A DNA stretch of 64,000 bases from Malacoraja senta (lineage: Eukaryota), in contig CM075989.1 in assembly GCA_038087875.1 (NCBI GenBank), positions 7,008,001 to 7,072,000 of the forward strand, given 5' to 3'. Positions 1-11,904 of this stretch are shown here, piece after piece; position 1 is the stretch's first letter, and each line of letters opens with the position of its first letter. The notes under the pieces were generated by a model. It had not been told where the DNA came from and did no database searches. It worked only from the letters and a program-made list of their open reading frames with translations. A program made the position numbers and the translations under genes.

Positions 1-318
1 GCCTCACAGCACCAGAGAGCCTGCTTTGATCCTGGCCTCGGGTGCTGTCTGTGTGGAGTTTTGCATGTTCTCCCTGTGACCGCGTGGTTTTTCTCCGGGT
101 GCTCCAATTTCCTACCCCATTCCAAAGACTTGCTGGATGGCAGGTTAATTGGCTTCTGCAAATTACCCCTCGTATGTAAGGAGTGGATGAGAAAGTGGCA
201 CAACAGAACTAATGTGTAGGGAGGAACTGCAGATGCTTCTAATGAGAATGGGTGATCAATGGTCAGTGTGGACTCGAAGGGCCAAAGGGCCAGTTTCCAC
301 GCTCCATCTCTAAACTAA
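1..318 (+). mobile_element. HE1-like tRNA/V-domain SINE (5' end cut by window edge)
   Basis: V-SINE-like core (GTGTGGAGTTTTGCATGTTCTCCCTGTGACCGCGTGG...CTCCGGGTGCTCC) and tail GGGCCAAAGGGCCAGTTTCC...CTCTAAACTAA shared with other copies in the window. Confidence 0.85.
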
Positions 319-326
319 CACAATCA

Positions 327-783
327 CTTCGCTGAACACCTCCGCTCAGTCCGTGTTAACCAACCTGATCGTCCGGTTGCTCAGCACTTCAACTCCCTCT
401 CCCATTCCCAATCTGACATTTCTGTCCTGGGCCTCCTCCATTGCCAGAGTGAGGCCCAGCGCAAGTTGGAGGAACAGCACCTCATATTTCGCACGGGTAG
501 TTTTTACCCCAGTGGGATGAATGTTGACTTCTCTAATTTTAGATAGCCCTTGCTTTCTCCCTCCTTCCCCTCCCCCTTCCAAGTTCCCCCACATCCTACT
601 GTCTCCGCCTACTTCCTTTCTCTTTCCCGCCCCCCCCTCACCCCCCAACATCAGTCTGAAGAAGGGTCTCGACCCGAAACATCGCCTATTCCTTCTCTCC
701 ATAGACGCTGCCTCACCCTCTGAGTTTCTCCAGCATTTTTTGTCTGCCTTCGATTGTTCCAGCATCTGCAGTTCTTTCTTAAA
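327..783 (+). mobile_element. Penelope-like element 3' end (GIY-YIG C-terminus plus pLTR with hammerhead motif)
   Basis: Translates FAEHLRSVR..PVAQHFNS..LEEQHLIFR..GMNVDFSNFR*, followed by CTGAAGAAGGGTCTCGACCCGAAAC at about 656-680 on the same strand. Confidence 0.85.
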
Positions 784-1114
784 AATAACACGATGCACAG
801 TCGAGATCAAAGCAGAAATCCTGTGGCTCCACATTGAGGACTGAATTTTGTTTCATATTAAGTTCTTGGCTCTTGCTAACTATTTGGATGCTCATATAGA
901 ATTCTGTTTCATATCCTCTCTTTGATATGCCAAGCAGACGGAAGCCAAGAGGCAGTTATTTGGCCTTTAATGAAGTTTAATAGAGAAGATCATTTGAGGT
1001 TCAAAGAGATACATCTAAATCAGCTGGTTTGCAGCCAGCGTGTGGTGCAGTTGCAGTTAGTTGATCACGGACCGATTCAGGAACAAACTGAACACATTGC
1101 TCACTCACCTTTCT

Positions 1115-1805
1115 TTAGTTTAGGTTTAGTTTAGTGTTGCGTGTACTGAGGTAAAGAACTTTTTTTTTGCGTGATAACCAGTTTGGGGAAGACTATATAC
1201 ATGATTGCAGTGGAGTAGTCCATAGTCTACTGATACATGATCAATGGAATAACGTGAATAATGTTTACTGCAAGATTAAGTCCAGTAAGGTCCGATTAAA
1301 GATTGTCTGAGGTTCTCCAATGAGGTAGATAGTAGCTCAGGACCACTCTCTAGTTGTTGATAGGATGGTTCAGTTGCCTGATATTACTGTTGCTGGTAAT
1401 AAACTGTCTCTGAACCTGGAGGTGTGTGTTTTTGCACTTCTGTGCCTCTTGCCCGATGGAGAGGGGAGAAGAGGGGGTGCCTGGGGTGAGACCCATCCCT
1501 GATTACGCTGGTGACCTTGCCGAGGTGGCGTGAGGTATAGTGAGGAGTCAATGGAAGGGAAGGTGCACAAAAATGCTGGAGAAACTCAGCGGGTGCAGCA
1601 GCATCTATGGAGCGAAGGAAATAGGCAACGTTTCGGGCCGAAACCCTTCTTCAGACAATGTGAGTCAATGGAAGGGAGGTTGGTTTGCGTGATTGGTCTG
1701 GCCTGCATCCACAATTCTCTGCAATTTCTCGCGGTCTTGGGTGGAGATGTTCCCAACCGTGCAGTGATGCATCCCGATAAAATGCTATCTGCGGCGCATC
1801 TGTAA
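1115..1805 (-). mobile_element. Rex1/Babar-like LINE 3' fragment, interrupted by a PLE mini-element
   Basis: Minus-strand translation PSPSGKRHRSAKTHTSRFRDS; 3' UTR ending in (CTAAA)n; same family as 53785-54810 and 63375-63935. Confidence 0.75.
1561..1661 (-). mobile_element. PLE-derived mini-element with 16-bp TSD
   Basis: GAGTCAATGGAAGGGA duplicated at 1545-1560 and 1662-1677; internal pLTR sequence with hammerhead-like core on the minus strand. Confidence 0.85.
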
Positions 1806-1929
1806 AGCAGCTTGCAGCAACTTACTAGTATACAGCTAAAAAATGTGCAGTTATAAGCACTGTTAACAACGTAACATTTCCAAATGCTTCCGAGGGAGAA
1901 TCCTTTTTGGAAGAAATATTGGTGAGATT

Positions 1930-2080
1930 CACATGTTCACAAGTTATAGGAGTAGATTTATGTCATTCGGCCCATCGGGTCCACTCTGCCATTGAATCAT
2001 GTTTGATCTCTGCCTCCTAATCCCATTTTCCTGCCTTCTCCCCATAACCCTGGACACCCGTTCTAATCAAGAATTTGTCT
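1930..2080 (-). mobile_element. CR1/HER1-like LINE 3' UTR fragment
   Basis: Matches the CR1 3' end repeated throughout the window (TTCGGCCCATC...CCTGCCTTCTCCCCATAACCC). Confidence 0.75.
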
Positions 2081-2716
2081 ACGTTCACAAGTTACAGGGA
2101 TATTATAGAAATGGTAATGTTTGAACAGCTATGGCTTTCAGGAAGTTTTATACAACTAATTATCATTTCAGCGCATGACACTTTTGGCATGTGGGTGAAT
2201 AAGGTGGCCACTTGTACACAGCAAGATCCCACAAACAACAAGTAAAGGAATTACTGCAAATACCTCTTTTAGGACTTGATTGGGGAAGGGATATTGGACA
2301 GATGGCTGCGTGCTTTCTCTCCTCTTTCTTTCATAACACGAGAAACCTTCATTCATCACTGACTTCACAGGCGGCATTTAGTCATTGTAGAGTTATCAGG
2401 AAAGGAAGGGTTATTTGTCTCAGTAGAATTTTGATTGCAACTTGTGCCCAGATTGTTGATTGCATCTGAGTGCAGATCCCAAGCTCTCATTTTAATTCAT
2501 GGTCATATGGTTGTCTTGGTGTTGTACTGAACTGTGTGGCAGATGGCACTATGTTCCTGCACTGTGCTGATGTGAATAATGTCAATGCATTTATTAGTGA
2601 CTCAGAATGTCACTGGCTGTGAATTAACTCACCAACAGTATTGTAACACTCTCGGATGGGGGAATAAGGAGCCTGATGGTTGCACATGGAATGAAATAAC
2701 TGTGAACAATGACTAA

Positions 2717-2898
2717 AGGGCCTGTCCCACTTGGGCGTCATTTACGCGACATTTACGCGACATCATTTACGTGTCGTGATGCACACATGGTGCCCCATTA
2801 CGCGTGCATGGTGCGTGGTGACGTAGGCGGTCGCGCGCGGCGCCCCAGGATTTGTGATGTACAAAATCTTCGCGCGCCATCCAAGTGGGACAAACCCT
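2717..2898. mobile_element. PIF/Harbinger-type MITE, family B (CGCG-rich)
   Basis: TIRs AGGGCCTGTCCCACTTGG / CCAAGTGGGACAAACCCT, TAA TSD on both sides; internal sequence matches 45451-45672 in reverse orientation. Confidence 0.85.
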
Positions 2899-2901
2899 TA
2901 A

Positions 2902-3281
2902 GGAGATGAAGGCTTGGCAGGATCGGGAACCCACCCAAATGCTCATCGCTCTGCGCAATTGGGAACCCACCTGAAGACTCGTTGGTCGGTGGGACCAGTA
3001 ACCCACCCAGAGGCTCGTTGGATAACCAGGAGGGAGCTAGGAGATGTCGGTCACTAGGAGTGGGAGTGAACCCGGGGAAATGTCTCCAGTGCTTTTATGG
3101 CCGGCTGCAGGAAATGCCCCCCAGGACACAAAGATGGCCGGGCCAGGAGAGGAGAGGGATGTCGGGTCATGGGAACTGAGCCCGTACATCGAGCGTGCAG
3201 GCCGACTGGACTTTGGACTTTGAAATGAATTTCATCGTGCAGTTACATATGCGGCAAATAAAGCTCTATTGAACTATTGAT
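2902..3281 (+). mobile_element. Non-coding retroelement with Rex1/L2-type 3' tail
   Basis: GC-rich body ending GAATTTCATCGTG...GCAAATAAAG plus short repeat CTATTGAACTATTGA, like LINE tails elsewhere in the window. Confidence 0.45.
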
Positions 3282-3285
3282 AGAT

Positions 3286-4025
3286 TTGAAGATAGGTGAA
3301 CCAATATCAACATCCTCCGCAGGTCAACCTTCCATGGCTTTGAGTTGGATTAGGCTGCTAGCATGCCCATAACTAGACTCATATAACACACAAATGATGC
3401 GGAGCTCTGTTGTGGGAAGCGACTCCCAGGCAGAGAGAAGAAGAGGTTCAAGGATGTGCTTGAAGTTTCATAAGTTCTAGAAACAGAATTAGGCATTCGG
3501 CCCATCATGTCTACTGCGCCATGCAATCATGGCTGATCTATCTTTCCCTCTCAACCCAATGGTGGCGCAGCGGTTAGAGTTGCTGCCTTGCAGCGCCCAG
3601 AGACCCGGGTTTGATCCTGACAATGGGTATTGTCTGTACGGAGTTGTACGTTCTCCCCGTGACCGGCGTGGGGTTTCTCCAGGATCTCTGGTTTCCTCCC
3701 ACACTCCAAAGATGTACTGCTTTGCAGGCTAATTGGCTTCGGTGAAAAAAATAGTAAATAGTCCCAAGTGCGTAGGGTAGTATTGGACTATGGGGATCAT
3801 TGGTAGTACGGGCTCGGTGGGCCAAAGGGACCTATTTCAGTGCTGATATCTCTAAACTAAACTGAACAATTCTCCTGCCTTCTCCCATAACCCCTGACAC
3901 CCGTACTCATCCTCGAATCCTTGAATAAATATAACATCCTCATTGACTTTCAGGAATCCTGGGCCGTGGGTGAACAAATTGCGGAAGAGCATTCAGGAAC
4001 CTTGAGTGCAGGCATTTGGAGCAAC
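3286..4025 (+). mobile_element. Degraded RTE-clade LINE C-terminus (pieces ~3286-3468 and ~3909-4025) split by CR1 and SINE insertions
   Basis: Translates ELCCGKRLPGREKKRFKDVL and ILESLNKYNILIDFQES, resembling the RTE C-terminal ELxxGKRxxGxxxKRFKDxLKxSLKxxxI. Confidence 0.65.
3560..3865 (+). mobile_element. HE1-like SINE nested in a CR1 3' fragment
   Basis: A-box TGGCGCAGCGG, B-box-like GGTTTGATCC, V-domain and CTCTAAACTAAACT tail; CR1 sequence on both sides. Confidence 0.85.
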
Positions 4026-4029
4026 AGAA

Positions 4030-4890
4030 GGATGGCACAGCAGAGCAGCTGGTAGAGCTGCTGCCTCACAGCACCCGAGAGCCTGGTTCCATCCTGACCT
4101 CGGGTGTGTCCGTGTGAAAATTCCACGTTCTTCCCTGTGACCCTTGGGTTTCCTCTGGGTGTTTCCATTTCTTCCCACGGACATACGGGTATGCAGGACA
4201 ATTTGCCTCTGTAATTTGCCTATAATTGCCTGTAATTTTCCTCGGACTGCGGTGAGCCCCACCGCGGGGCGTGGACTTAACATCGGAGCTGATCCCTTAC
4301 CTGGGATCGCTCCCACCGCGACCACCGCGGACTTTACCATCAGGAGCTCGCAGTCTCGGGTGAGGCCGAGTCGGGAGCTCCAACGTCGCGGAAGGTTCGA
4401 CCAGCCCCGACGCGAGGTTCGATCGTCCAGTGCGGGGAGCTGACATTCCCCAGTTGCGGGAGCTTGATCACTTCGACGCGGAGGGCCAAACGCCGCCGGC
4501 TACGGGAGTCAAGATCGTCCCGTCAACGGGGCTCAAGACCAACGGACCGAGAAGAACTAAGGGAAGGACTTGAACTTTATTTCGCCTTCCATCACAGTGA
4601 GGAATGTGGAGGAGTCACTGTGGTGGATGTTTATGTTAAAAGGTGTTTTTGAGTGATCTGTTGCTTTTAATTGTATGACTGACCTGGCCAATGAAATTTC
4701 TCGTATGTTGCAAAACATACTTGGCGAATAAAGTGCGATTCTGATTCTGATTCTGATTTTGATTCTGATAATATGCAGAGAGTAGATGAGAAAGGGGGGT
4801 AACATAGAACTAGCGTGAACAGGTGATCGATGGTTGGCATGGACTCGGTGGGTCGAAGGGCCTGTTTCCATGCTGTATCTCTAAACTAAA
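4030..4890 (+). mobile_element. HE1-like SINE split by a GC-rich insertion (SINE parts ~4030-4230 and ~4770-4890)
   Basis: SINE head and V-domain before 4230; SINE tail resumes after the (ATTCTG)n run. Confidence 0.75.
4240..4770 (+). mobile_element. CpG-rich non-autonomous retroelement with LINE-type tail and (ATTCTG)n end
   Basis: CpG-dense body without a recognisable ORF, then GAAATTTC...GAATAAAG and (ATTCTG)n; inserted inside a SINE. Confidence 0.65.
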
Positions 4891-5310
4891 TTGTAGCAGC
4901 ACACACCTCATAGACTTGGCTACGTACAAATAACTTGCTTCTCTCTATTGCGGATTTCTGACCTGAAACGTTAACTCCTGTCTCTCTCCATAGATGCTGA
5001 CTGACCTGCTGAAAGTTTGCAGAATTCTCCGTGCATATTTCAGACTTTCAGCATCAGTAGTTTTTTTTTAATTTTCATCTACTCTTGCGCATAATTGGTT
5101 GATGCTATCCCGGACAAATGTCACTCCCTCTCTCTAAACGCATTTAAGAACTATCAAGGGAGTGAATGTCTCACTCAGACATTGTAGGCTGCAGAACTGC
5201 TCAGTGGTACGCAACTTAAGCAAACCTCCAGCAATGATGGAAACTTGAGCCACTTGGTGCCCTCTAGTTATTGATTGAAAGACACAGCACAAAAACAGGA
5301 CCTTTGGCCC

Positions 5311-5446
5311 TGCAGTCTGAAAAAGGGTCTCGACCTGAAACGTCACACATTCCGTCTCTCCAGAGATGCTGCCTGTCCCGCTGAGTTACTCCAGCATTTT
5401 GTGTCTATCTTCGAGTGAAACTAGCCTCTGCAGTTCTTTCCCACAA
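5311..5446 (+). mobile_element. PLE-derived mini-element with 11-bp TSD, inside a minus-strand HE1-like SINE (~5280-5695)
   Basis: ACCTTTGGCCC at 5300-5310 and 5447-5457; starts 6 nt before a mutated hammerhead core (CTGAAAA). Confidence 0.85.
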
Positions 5447-5884
5447 ACCTTTGGCCCACCAAGTCCACACCAACCATCAATCACCCTTTGTTCTTTGTTA
5501 TCCCACCTTCTCATCCACTCCTACACAGAGGCCAATTAACCTGCAAACCCGCACATCTTTGGGGGTGGGTGGAAACCGGAGCACCTGGAGGAAACCCACG
5601 CTGTCACAGGGAGAACGTGCAAACTCCACAATGTCAGGATCGAGCCTGTGTCTCTTGCGTTCTAATGCAGCGGTTCTGCCACCAGTGCCAGTGTGCCAAC
5701 ATGGGTTAGGCACAGGGTGAAGCTCTATTTTCCTTTGCCCAATGATAGACTTGAAATCCAACAGTCATGTCAGTTCTTCCGTTTCCTCATATCCAACAGC
5801 CTTTATGAACATAGATGTAATTTTAATGCATTTTTTTGGTTTGTTCAATGAAAGAAGAATTCTATTCTGATAGAATGATGGCAT

Positions 5885-6160
5885 GTCAGTAGAGTTGCTG
5901 CCTTACAGTGCCAGAGACCCGGGTTCGATCATGAATATGGGTGCTTGTCTGTACGGAGTTGTACATTCTCCCCCTGACCTTCGTGGGTTTTCTCCGGGTG
6001 CTCCGGTTTCCTCCCACATTCCAAAGACGCGTACAGGTTTGTAGGTCAATTGGCTTGGCATAATTGCAAATTGTCTCTAGTGCGTGTAGGATAGCGTTAG
6101 TATGCAGACTCGGTGGCCGAAGGGCCTGTTGCTGTGCTGTATCTCTAAAACTAAAACTAA
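5885..6160 (+). mobile_element. HE1-like SINE
   Basis: B-box-like GGTTCGATC, V-domain, (CTAAAA)n tail. Confidence 0.85.
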
Positions 6161-7019
6161 AAGAATCCCCAATCGAACCCTCGTTCGACAGGATAGGGAT
6201 CTGCCTGGCAATGAAGCCCAAGAGGAGAGGGACAGTCTCAAATTCACATCCCCTTCCAGTCCGCAGAGAGGATAAATACTTTCCAACCATTATCTAGGCA
6301 AGCAATGTCACTTCAAAATCTATGAGTGCCTTGGAGGATGTTTGCATTTGCAATATCATTACTTTTCCCTCTGTTCAAGACACTTAGTTAATGCACTGCA
6401 ATCTCAAGAATTTATTTCCCTCTTTGTAAATAAACAAAATGTAAGATAGCGTTTTAAGGAGCAATGTCCATTAAACTCCTCAAATCAATAAAGAACTGCA
6501 AGCTGACAACACACAACATCTTGGTGCAATCCAATAGGATTCTGGGCATCTGGCCATCATTCTAATAGGACACTGCATAAACAACAAAATATTGTATTCA
6601 GTCTTATATAGTTGTGTTAATAATTCAATCTGCCTTTCTTACATTATATAACGTAACCTCTCGCCTTAAACAACCTTGACGGAACTCCATTACTGAATAA
6701 CAAATAACCTACTGGAGGGACTAATGGGTTGAGCAGCATTTGTGGGAGGGAAGAGAATTGTCAATATTTTGGATTAAAAGCCTGCATCAGGATTCTAGCA
6801 TCTGCAGTATATTGATCCAAGTTATTGAATAAATGAGTGGGAATGAACAGCAGTTCGAAAGTAGACATAAAATGGTGGAGTAACTCAGCGGGTCAGGTGG
6901 CAACTCTGGAGAAAAGGAGCAGGTAATATTTCGGGTCGAAACCCTTCTTCAGAAACAGGGGAGGGGAAACTGGAGGTACATAAGAGGTTCTTTTCATAGT
7001 TTTCATTCTTTTGTTCTTT

Positions 7020-7350
7020 GTTTTAGTTAGTTTAGAGAACACAGCGCAAAAAACAAGGCCATTCGGCCCCATGTGTCTGCACCAACCAGCGATCACCGCA
7101 CATGAACACAAGCCTAGGGAACACACTAGGGAACAATTTTACACTTATACCAAGTGTAAAAACCCAAGACAATTAACCTCCAAACCTGTGCGTCTTTGAA
7201 GTTTGGGAGGAAACACAATATCTCAGTGAAAACCCACACGTCATGGGGAGAACGTAAAACTCCGTACAGACAGCACCCGTAGTCAGGATCTAACCCAGGT
7301 CTCGGGCGCTGCAAGCGCTGTAAGGCAGCAACTCTACCGCTGCGCCACCA
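7020..7350 (-). mobile_element. HE1-like SINE
   Basis: Reverse complement of full head, V-domain and tail. Confidence 0.85.
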
Positions 7351-7709
7351 TGCCACAGGGATTAGTAGTGTCCGAAGGGCCTGTTTCCACGCTGTATTTC
7401 TAAAGTATAAAGAACTACTCAAGTATAGCTTTGGAGAAGGAATTTCATGATTTAGACTCTCTGACAATGGTGGAATGGCAACATATGTCCAAGTCAGAAT
7501 GGTGTGTTATTTGGTGGAGTGTGGGGTGGTGGGGGGGGGGGGGGGGGGTGGGGGGGGGCATATAGTTGGTGATGTTCCAGTGTTCTTCACAGCAGCAGAA
7601 GTTACAGGTTAGGGGAGTGTGTCAGAATAGCTGAGACATCTAACTGGAGGAACTTTCCCAGTTGGCTGAGGCCTTGGTTTCATGTCTCAACCAAAGGATA
7701 ACACCTCAA

Positions 7710-7930
7710 GGACGAGTCTCACCCCGGTCACTCCCTCTGCTCCCCTCTCCCCATCAGGCAAGAGGTACAGAAGTGTGAAAATGCACACCTCCAGATTCAA
7801 TGACTTTTTCTACCCGGATGTTACCAGGCAACTGAACCATCTGATCAACAACTAGAGAGTGATCCTCAGCTACCATCCACCTCACTGGAAATACTCCGGC
7901 TATCTTTAACCGGCTTTACTGGACTGTATC
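7710..7930 (+). mobile_element. Rex1/Babar-like LINE 3' fragment
   Basis: PLPIRQE/SGKRYRSVKMHTSRF-type C-terminus and family 3' UTR. Confidence 0.7.
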
Positions 7931-7992
7931 TGTACACGTGGAGCAATAAACTAAACTAATCCTCTGACAGTGCCTGTCAACCACTAACACCT

Positions 7993-8192
7993 NNNNNNNN
8001 NNNNNNNNNNNNNNNNNNNNNNNNNNNNNNNNNNNNNNNNNNNNNNNNNNNNNNNNNNNNNNNNNNNNNNNNNNNNNNNNNNNNNNNNNNNNNNNNNNNN
8101 NNNNNNNNNNNNNNNNNNNNNNNNNNNNNNNNNNNNNNNNNNNNNNNNNNNNNNNNNNNNNNNNNNNNNNNNNNNNNNNNNNNNNNNNNNNN
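7993..8192. other. Assembly gap (200 N)
   Basis: Run of N characters. Confidence 1.
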
Positions 8193-8864
8193 TGTATGGG
8201 TTTCTTCTGGGTGCTCTGGTTTCCTCCACAACTCAAAGACGTGAGGGTTAGTAGGTTAATTGGCCTCTGTAAATTAGCCAAAGTGTGTACGGAGTGGATG
8301 CAAAAGTGGGATAGCAGAGAACTAGGGTGAACATGGTGGGCTGAAGGGCCGTATCTCTAAACTAAACTAAATCAACATCCCTTCTATTCCATATCCCTTC
8401 ATTCCTTCAATGCCCAATGATTTATTAAACTTAATGTCAGAGCTGAAATAATCTGGGATAATAGAGTTTTTTTAAATAATAAAAAATGGACTGCTGGTGT
8501 GTGTGGGATTATATGAAACTGCATTTGGCAATAGAACAGCTACTCTCATACACCATAATCTGGGAGACAGTCATTAACAGTGAACTGGAAAAGATAGGAA
8601 TATGCAGCACAAAGCATTGGTGAATCTCGGGGAAGGAAGAATCAACTAAGGAATGTTAACAATCGCAGGTCAGAAGGAGGAGTATTTCAAAATCAGATTC
8701 CCAAGATCGATGAGCTTGTTATGGCATTGAAATCATTTTAACATCAGTACCTCGGATTCAATTTGGCTTGTCTGATTTGTTGCCTCTTCCCAGCATTCAC
8801 ATTGTTGACGTGGTTACAGAGAGACTGGGTTAATAGGCTTAGGTTTGTTATTGTTACATGTCAT

Positions 8865-9060
8865 TGGGTAGACGCACAAAGTCTCTTGCCCAGAGTGGGG
8901 GAGTCAAAAACCAGAGGACCTAGGTTTAAGGTGAGGGGTAGAAGTTTTAACAGGAACTCAAAGGGTAACTTTTTCACATAAAGTGTGGTGGGTGTATGGA
9001 ACGAGCTGCTGGAGGAGGTAGTTGGGCCATGGACTATCGCAGCATTTACAAAACATTTAG
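8865..9060 (+). mobile_element. CR1-like LINE 3' ORF2 fragment
   Basis: QSLLPRVGESKTRGPRFKVRG...GNFFT, a CR1 ORF2 C-terminal motif. Confidence 0.8.
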
Positions 9061-10174
9061 TCGGGACAAAGCCTGGAAAGTAATAGGTGGACACAGATGA
9101 GGGGGGATTTCAATAGCAGATGGTTCGACAAAGGCCAGAGATAAAATGTTGTGAGACAGAGATTGCAAATTGTGAAGCAAGAAGAAGGAGTGTAGGTGGA
9201 AGGGGCGGGAGAGGCGAGAAATATGTGCACGCCCAGATGGAGTACAGGGGAGGGGTGGGGGGGGGGGGGGAGGGGAGGGGGGGGGCTGCAGAATTCAATG
9301 TTCATACTGTTGGTCCAGCATGTTGTATTTTTTTTTCATAAACTAGCATCTGCAGTTCCTTATTTCTACCTTTCTTATTCACACTGCATTGGAAAAGCAG
9401 CCAACATAATCAAAGCCGTGTCCCACCCCAGCCATTCCTCCGTCTCCCTACTCCCATCAGGCAGAACATATGGAAGTCTGAAAGCACACACCACCAGACT
9501 CAAGAACAGCTTCTTGCCCTGTTATCAAGTTTCTTGAAAAACTCAACAAGGAAGGCAGCCTCTACAGAGAAACAGTCGACAGTCAGACTGGGGGAGAGTC
9601 TCGACCCAAAATGTCACCTCTCCATGTTCTCCAGAGATGCTGCCTGACCTGTTGAGTTACTCCAGCACTTTTGTGTCTGTTTGTGTATTAACCAACATAT
9701 GCAGTTCTGTGTTTCTACACACCGAAAAGAAAGTTCTGTTTCCTTTTACAACAAAAAGCCAAATAAAGTTCCACCAAGCCCTCTTTAATTGTGTTGAAGA
9801 GAGAATCCCATGAGGAGTTTTGCATCAGGCAGCAGAACATTTCCCAACTCCCCAAATGGTTTCATAATTTATTCCATTAGATGGAAACTACTGTTGGTTA
9901 TTTTGTTCCTGCTCAGCGCCTAGCCTTGTGTTTTATTCATTTTTATGTTTTGTTAAAAGTCAGAAATATCAATTAGGATGAACTCAATCCACATCTTCGG
10001 CTCGGTCTCAGTGAGGAGTCAGGAGTGTTGAGGCATACAGATGATATCCCGCTAATGCTACTGCAGCAATGATCCTCAAAGCCACCTCCAGAAGGTGGTC
10101 CCTGGGGTGGCGTTGTTCCTTTCCCCCACATTAGTCATCCTTCTGAGACTTACATTGTACCTTGGTCTCAGTTA

Positions 10175-10530
10175 TAGAGTTATAGAGTCATAGAGGCATA
10201 CAGCGTGGAAATGGGCCCTTCGGCCCAACTTGCCCGCACCGACCAACATGTCTCATTCACACTAGTCCCACCTGTCTGCATTTGGCCCATATCCCTCTAA
10301 ACCTGTCCAACTGTTTCTTAAATGTTGCGATAGTCCCTGCCTCAACTACCTCCTCTGGCAGCTTGTTCCATACTTCTGTGTGAAAAAGTTACCCCTGAGG
10401 TTCCTATTAAGTCTTTCCCCCTTCACCTTAAACCTATGTCCTCTGGTTCTCAATTCCCTACTCTGGGCAAGAGACACTGAGCGTCTACCCGACCTATTCC
10501 TCTTGTGATTTTATACACCTCTATAAGATC
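10175..10530 (-). mobile_element. CR1-like LINE 3' end
   Basis: Reverse-complement CR1 C-terminus and 3' UTR with (CTATGACT)-type tail. Confidence 0.8.
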
Positions 10531-11904
10531 AAAACGTTGTTTAACTCATATTGCTTTACCTCAGTAACCCTCCAGCCTTGTACCCTTCTGAAACTCTAAC
10601 CTTGACAACTTCTTACCTTCTACATCTCCATGACCTCCACTGGCAGCCATGTCTTCAGCTGTCTTTATTTTAGAGATACAATAGGAACACCAGGCCCTTC
10701 GGCCCATCGAGTCCAAGCTAACTATCGATCATCAGTTCACACTAGTTCTGTTATCCCATTTTCTCATCCACAATTTTACAGAGGCCAATTAACTTACAAA
10801 CTCACATGTTTTGATCCAAATCTCTGGAATTCCCTCCCCTTGCTTTCTCTTCTTCAATAGACTCCTGAAAACCTACAGGTTTGAGCAAGTTTGTCATTAC
10901 ATATTCTATATCTTCAAAATTTGCTGGTGTCAAATTTATCTTTAATAGCGCTCCTGGGAACCACTTCAGGACGTTTGACCACAGTTGATGGGTATGAAAG
11001 CTACAGAGTGTGGCACGAGTGTCCAAAATAGTAACCAATTAAGGATGTCTAGCGGATCTAATGTGCTCTGATCAGGAAGAGAGTGATGCAGTAAATGGAT
11101 TGAGAGACAAGGCAATGTTGTGAAGCCGACCACCATTATTAAAATTCAGTACCTTCGCTCAGCTTATGATGGACGAGGCAGCAGAGGTCCCAACAAGAGT
11201 TCTGTCAGTGTAAAATATCTCCTCAGAGTCAGATTGTCAAAGGAAACTAGGAATAAAGAGAGAGCCATTGGGGAAATAAAAGCAAGTCAGGCTGATGGAA
11301 CCCGATCCAGTAGAAATTTTGAAAAGAGAAATAAACACAAGAGGGAAATGATTGTCAAGAAGAATGAAGATGGAACAAGAGAAGAGGAGCTATTGATTGG
11401 ATCTTCCAAAGGGCTGGCACAGGCTTAATGGGCTGAATGGCCTCCTACGCCATGAGATTTTAACAAGTGAAAGGTGAGTTCACCTGTCAAAATTAATTTT
11501 CTGTGTATATTTTTAGATCATTAATCAACAACTTGTCTGTTCTCCAATTGCCTCCGCCAAAGAAAACAAACTTCCACCATTAGCCCTTGGGACCCACTAT
11601 GATGAAGCGTAGCCAAGGAAACGGAGAGGGGAGTCCATTGGGACTTTCCACACAAGCAAGGAAGCATCCTCTGAACTGCCATTCCAAAACAAAGGGCAGT
11701 GTGCAATCTCAGTTACTTGGCACTCAACCAAGTTCCAGTCGTAGAGGGAGCCCAATGGAAAAGTCTGATGAGGTTCATGACCTGCATTCACTGGGTATCC
11801 CAGGTTATGTTTGCCATTTCTTCCCTCATTGAGGAGCACGTGCACTCTTATCACTTCAAGTGCTTCTGGAGCCAGTGAATGAGAGAGAGGTTCTCAGGAA
11901 TCTT

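Noticed and set aside
7518..7558. G-runs as a functional G-quadruplex (also 9246-9285 and 56647-56663)
   Set aside because: Homopolymer tracts are error-prone and lie in or near repeat debris; no evidence of function.
7916..8281. ORFs spanning poly-X
   Set aside because: Artefacts of the 200-N gap.
11765..11790. CTGATGA plus short hairpin as another hammerhead
   Set aside because: No GAAA after the stem and no stem I or III.
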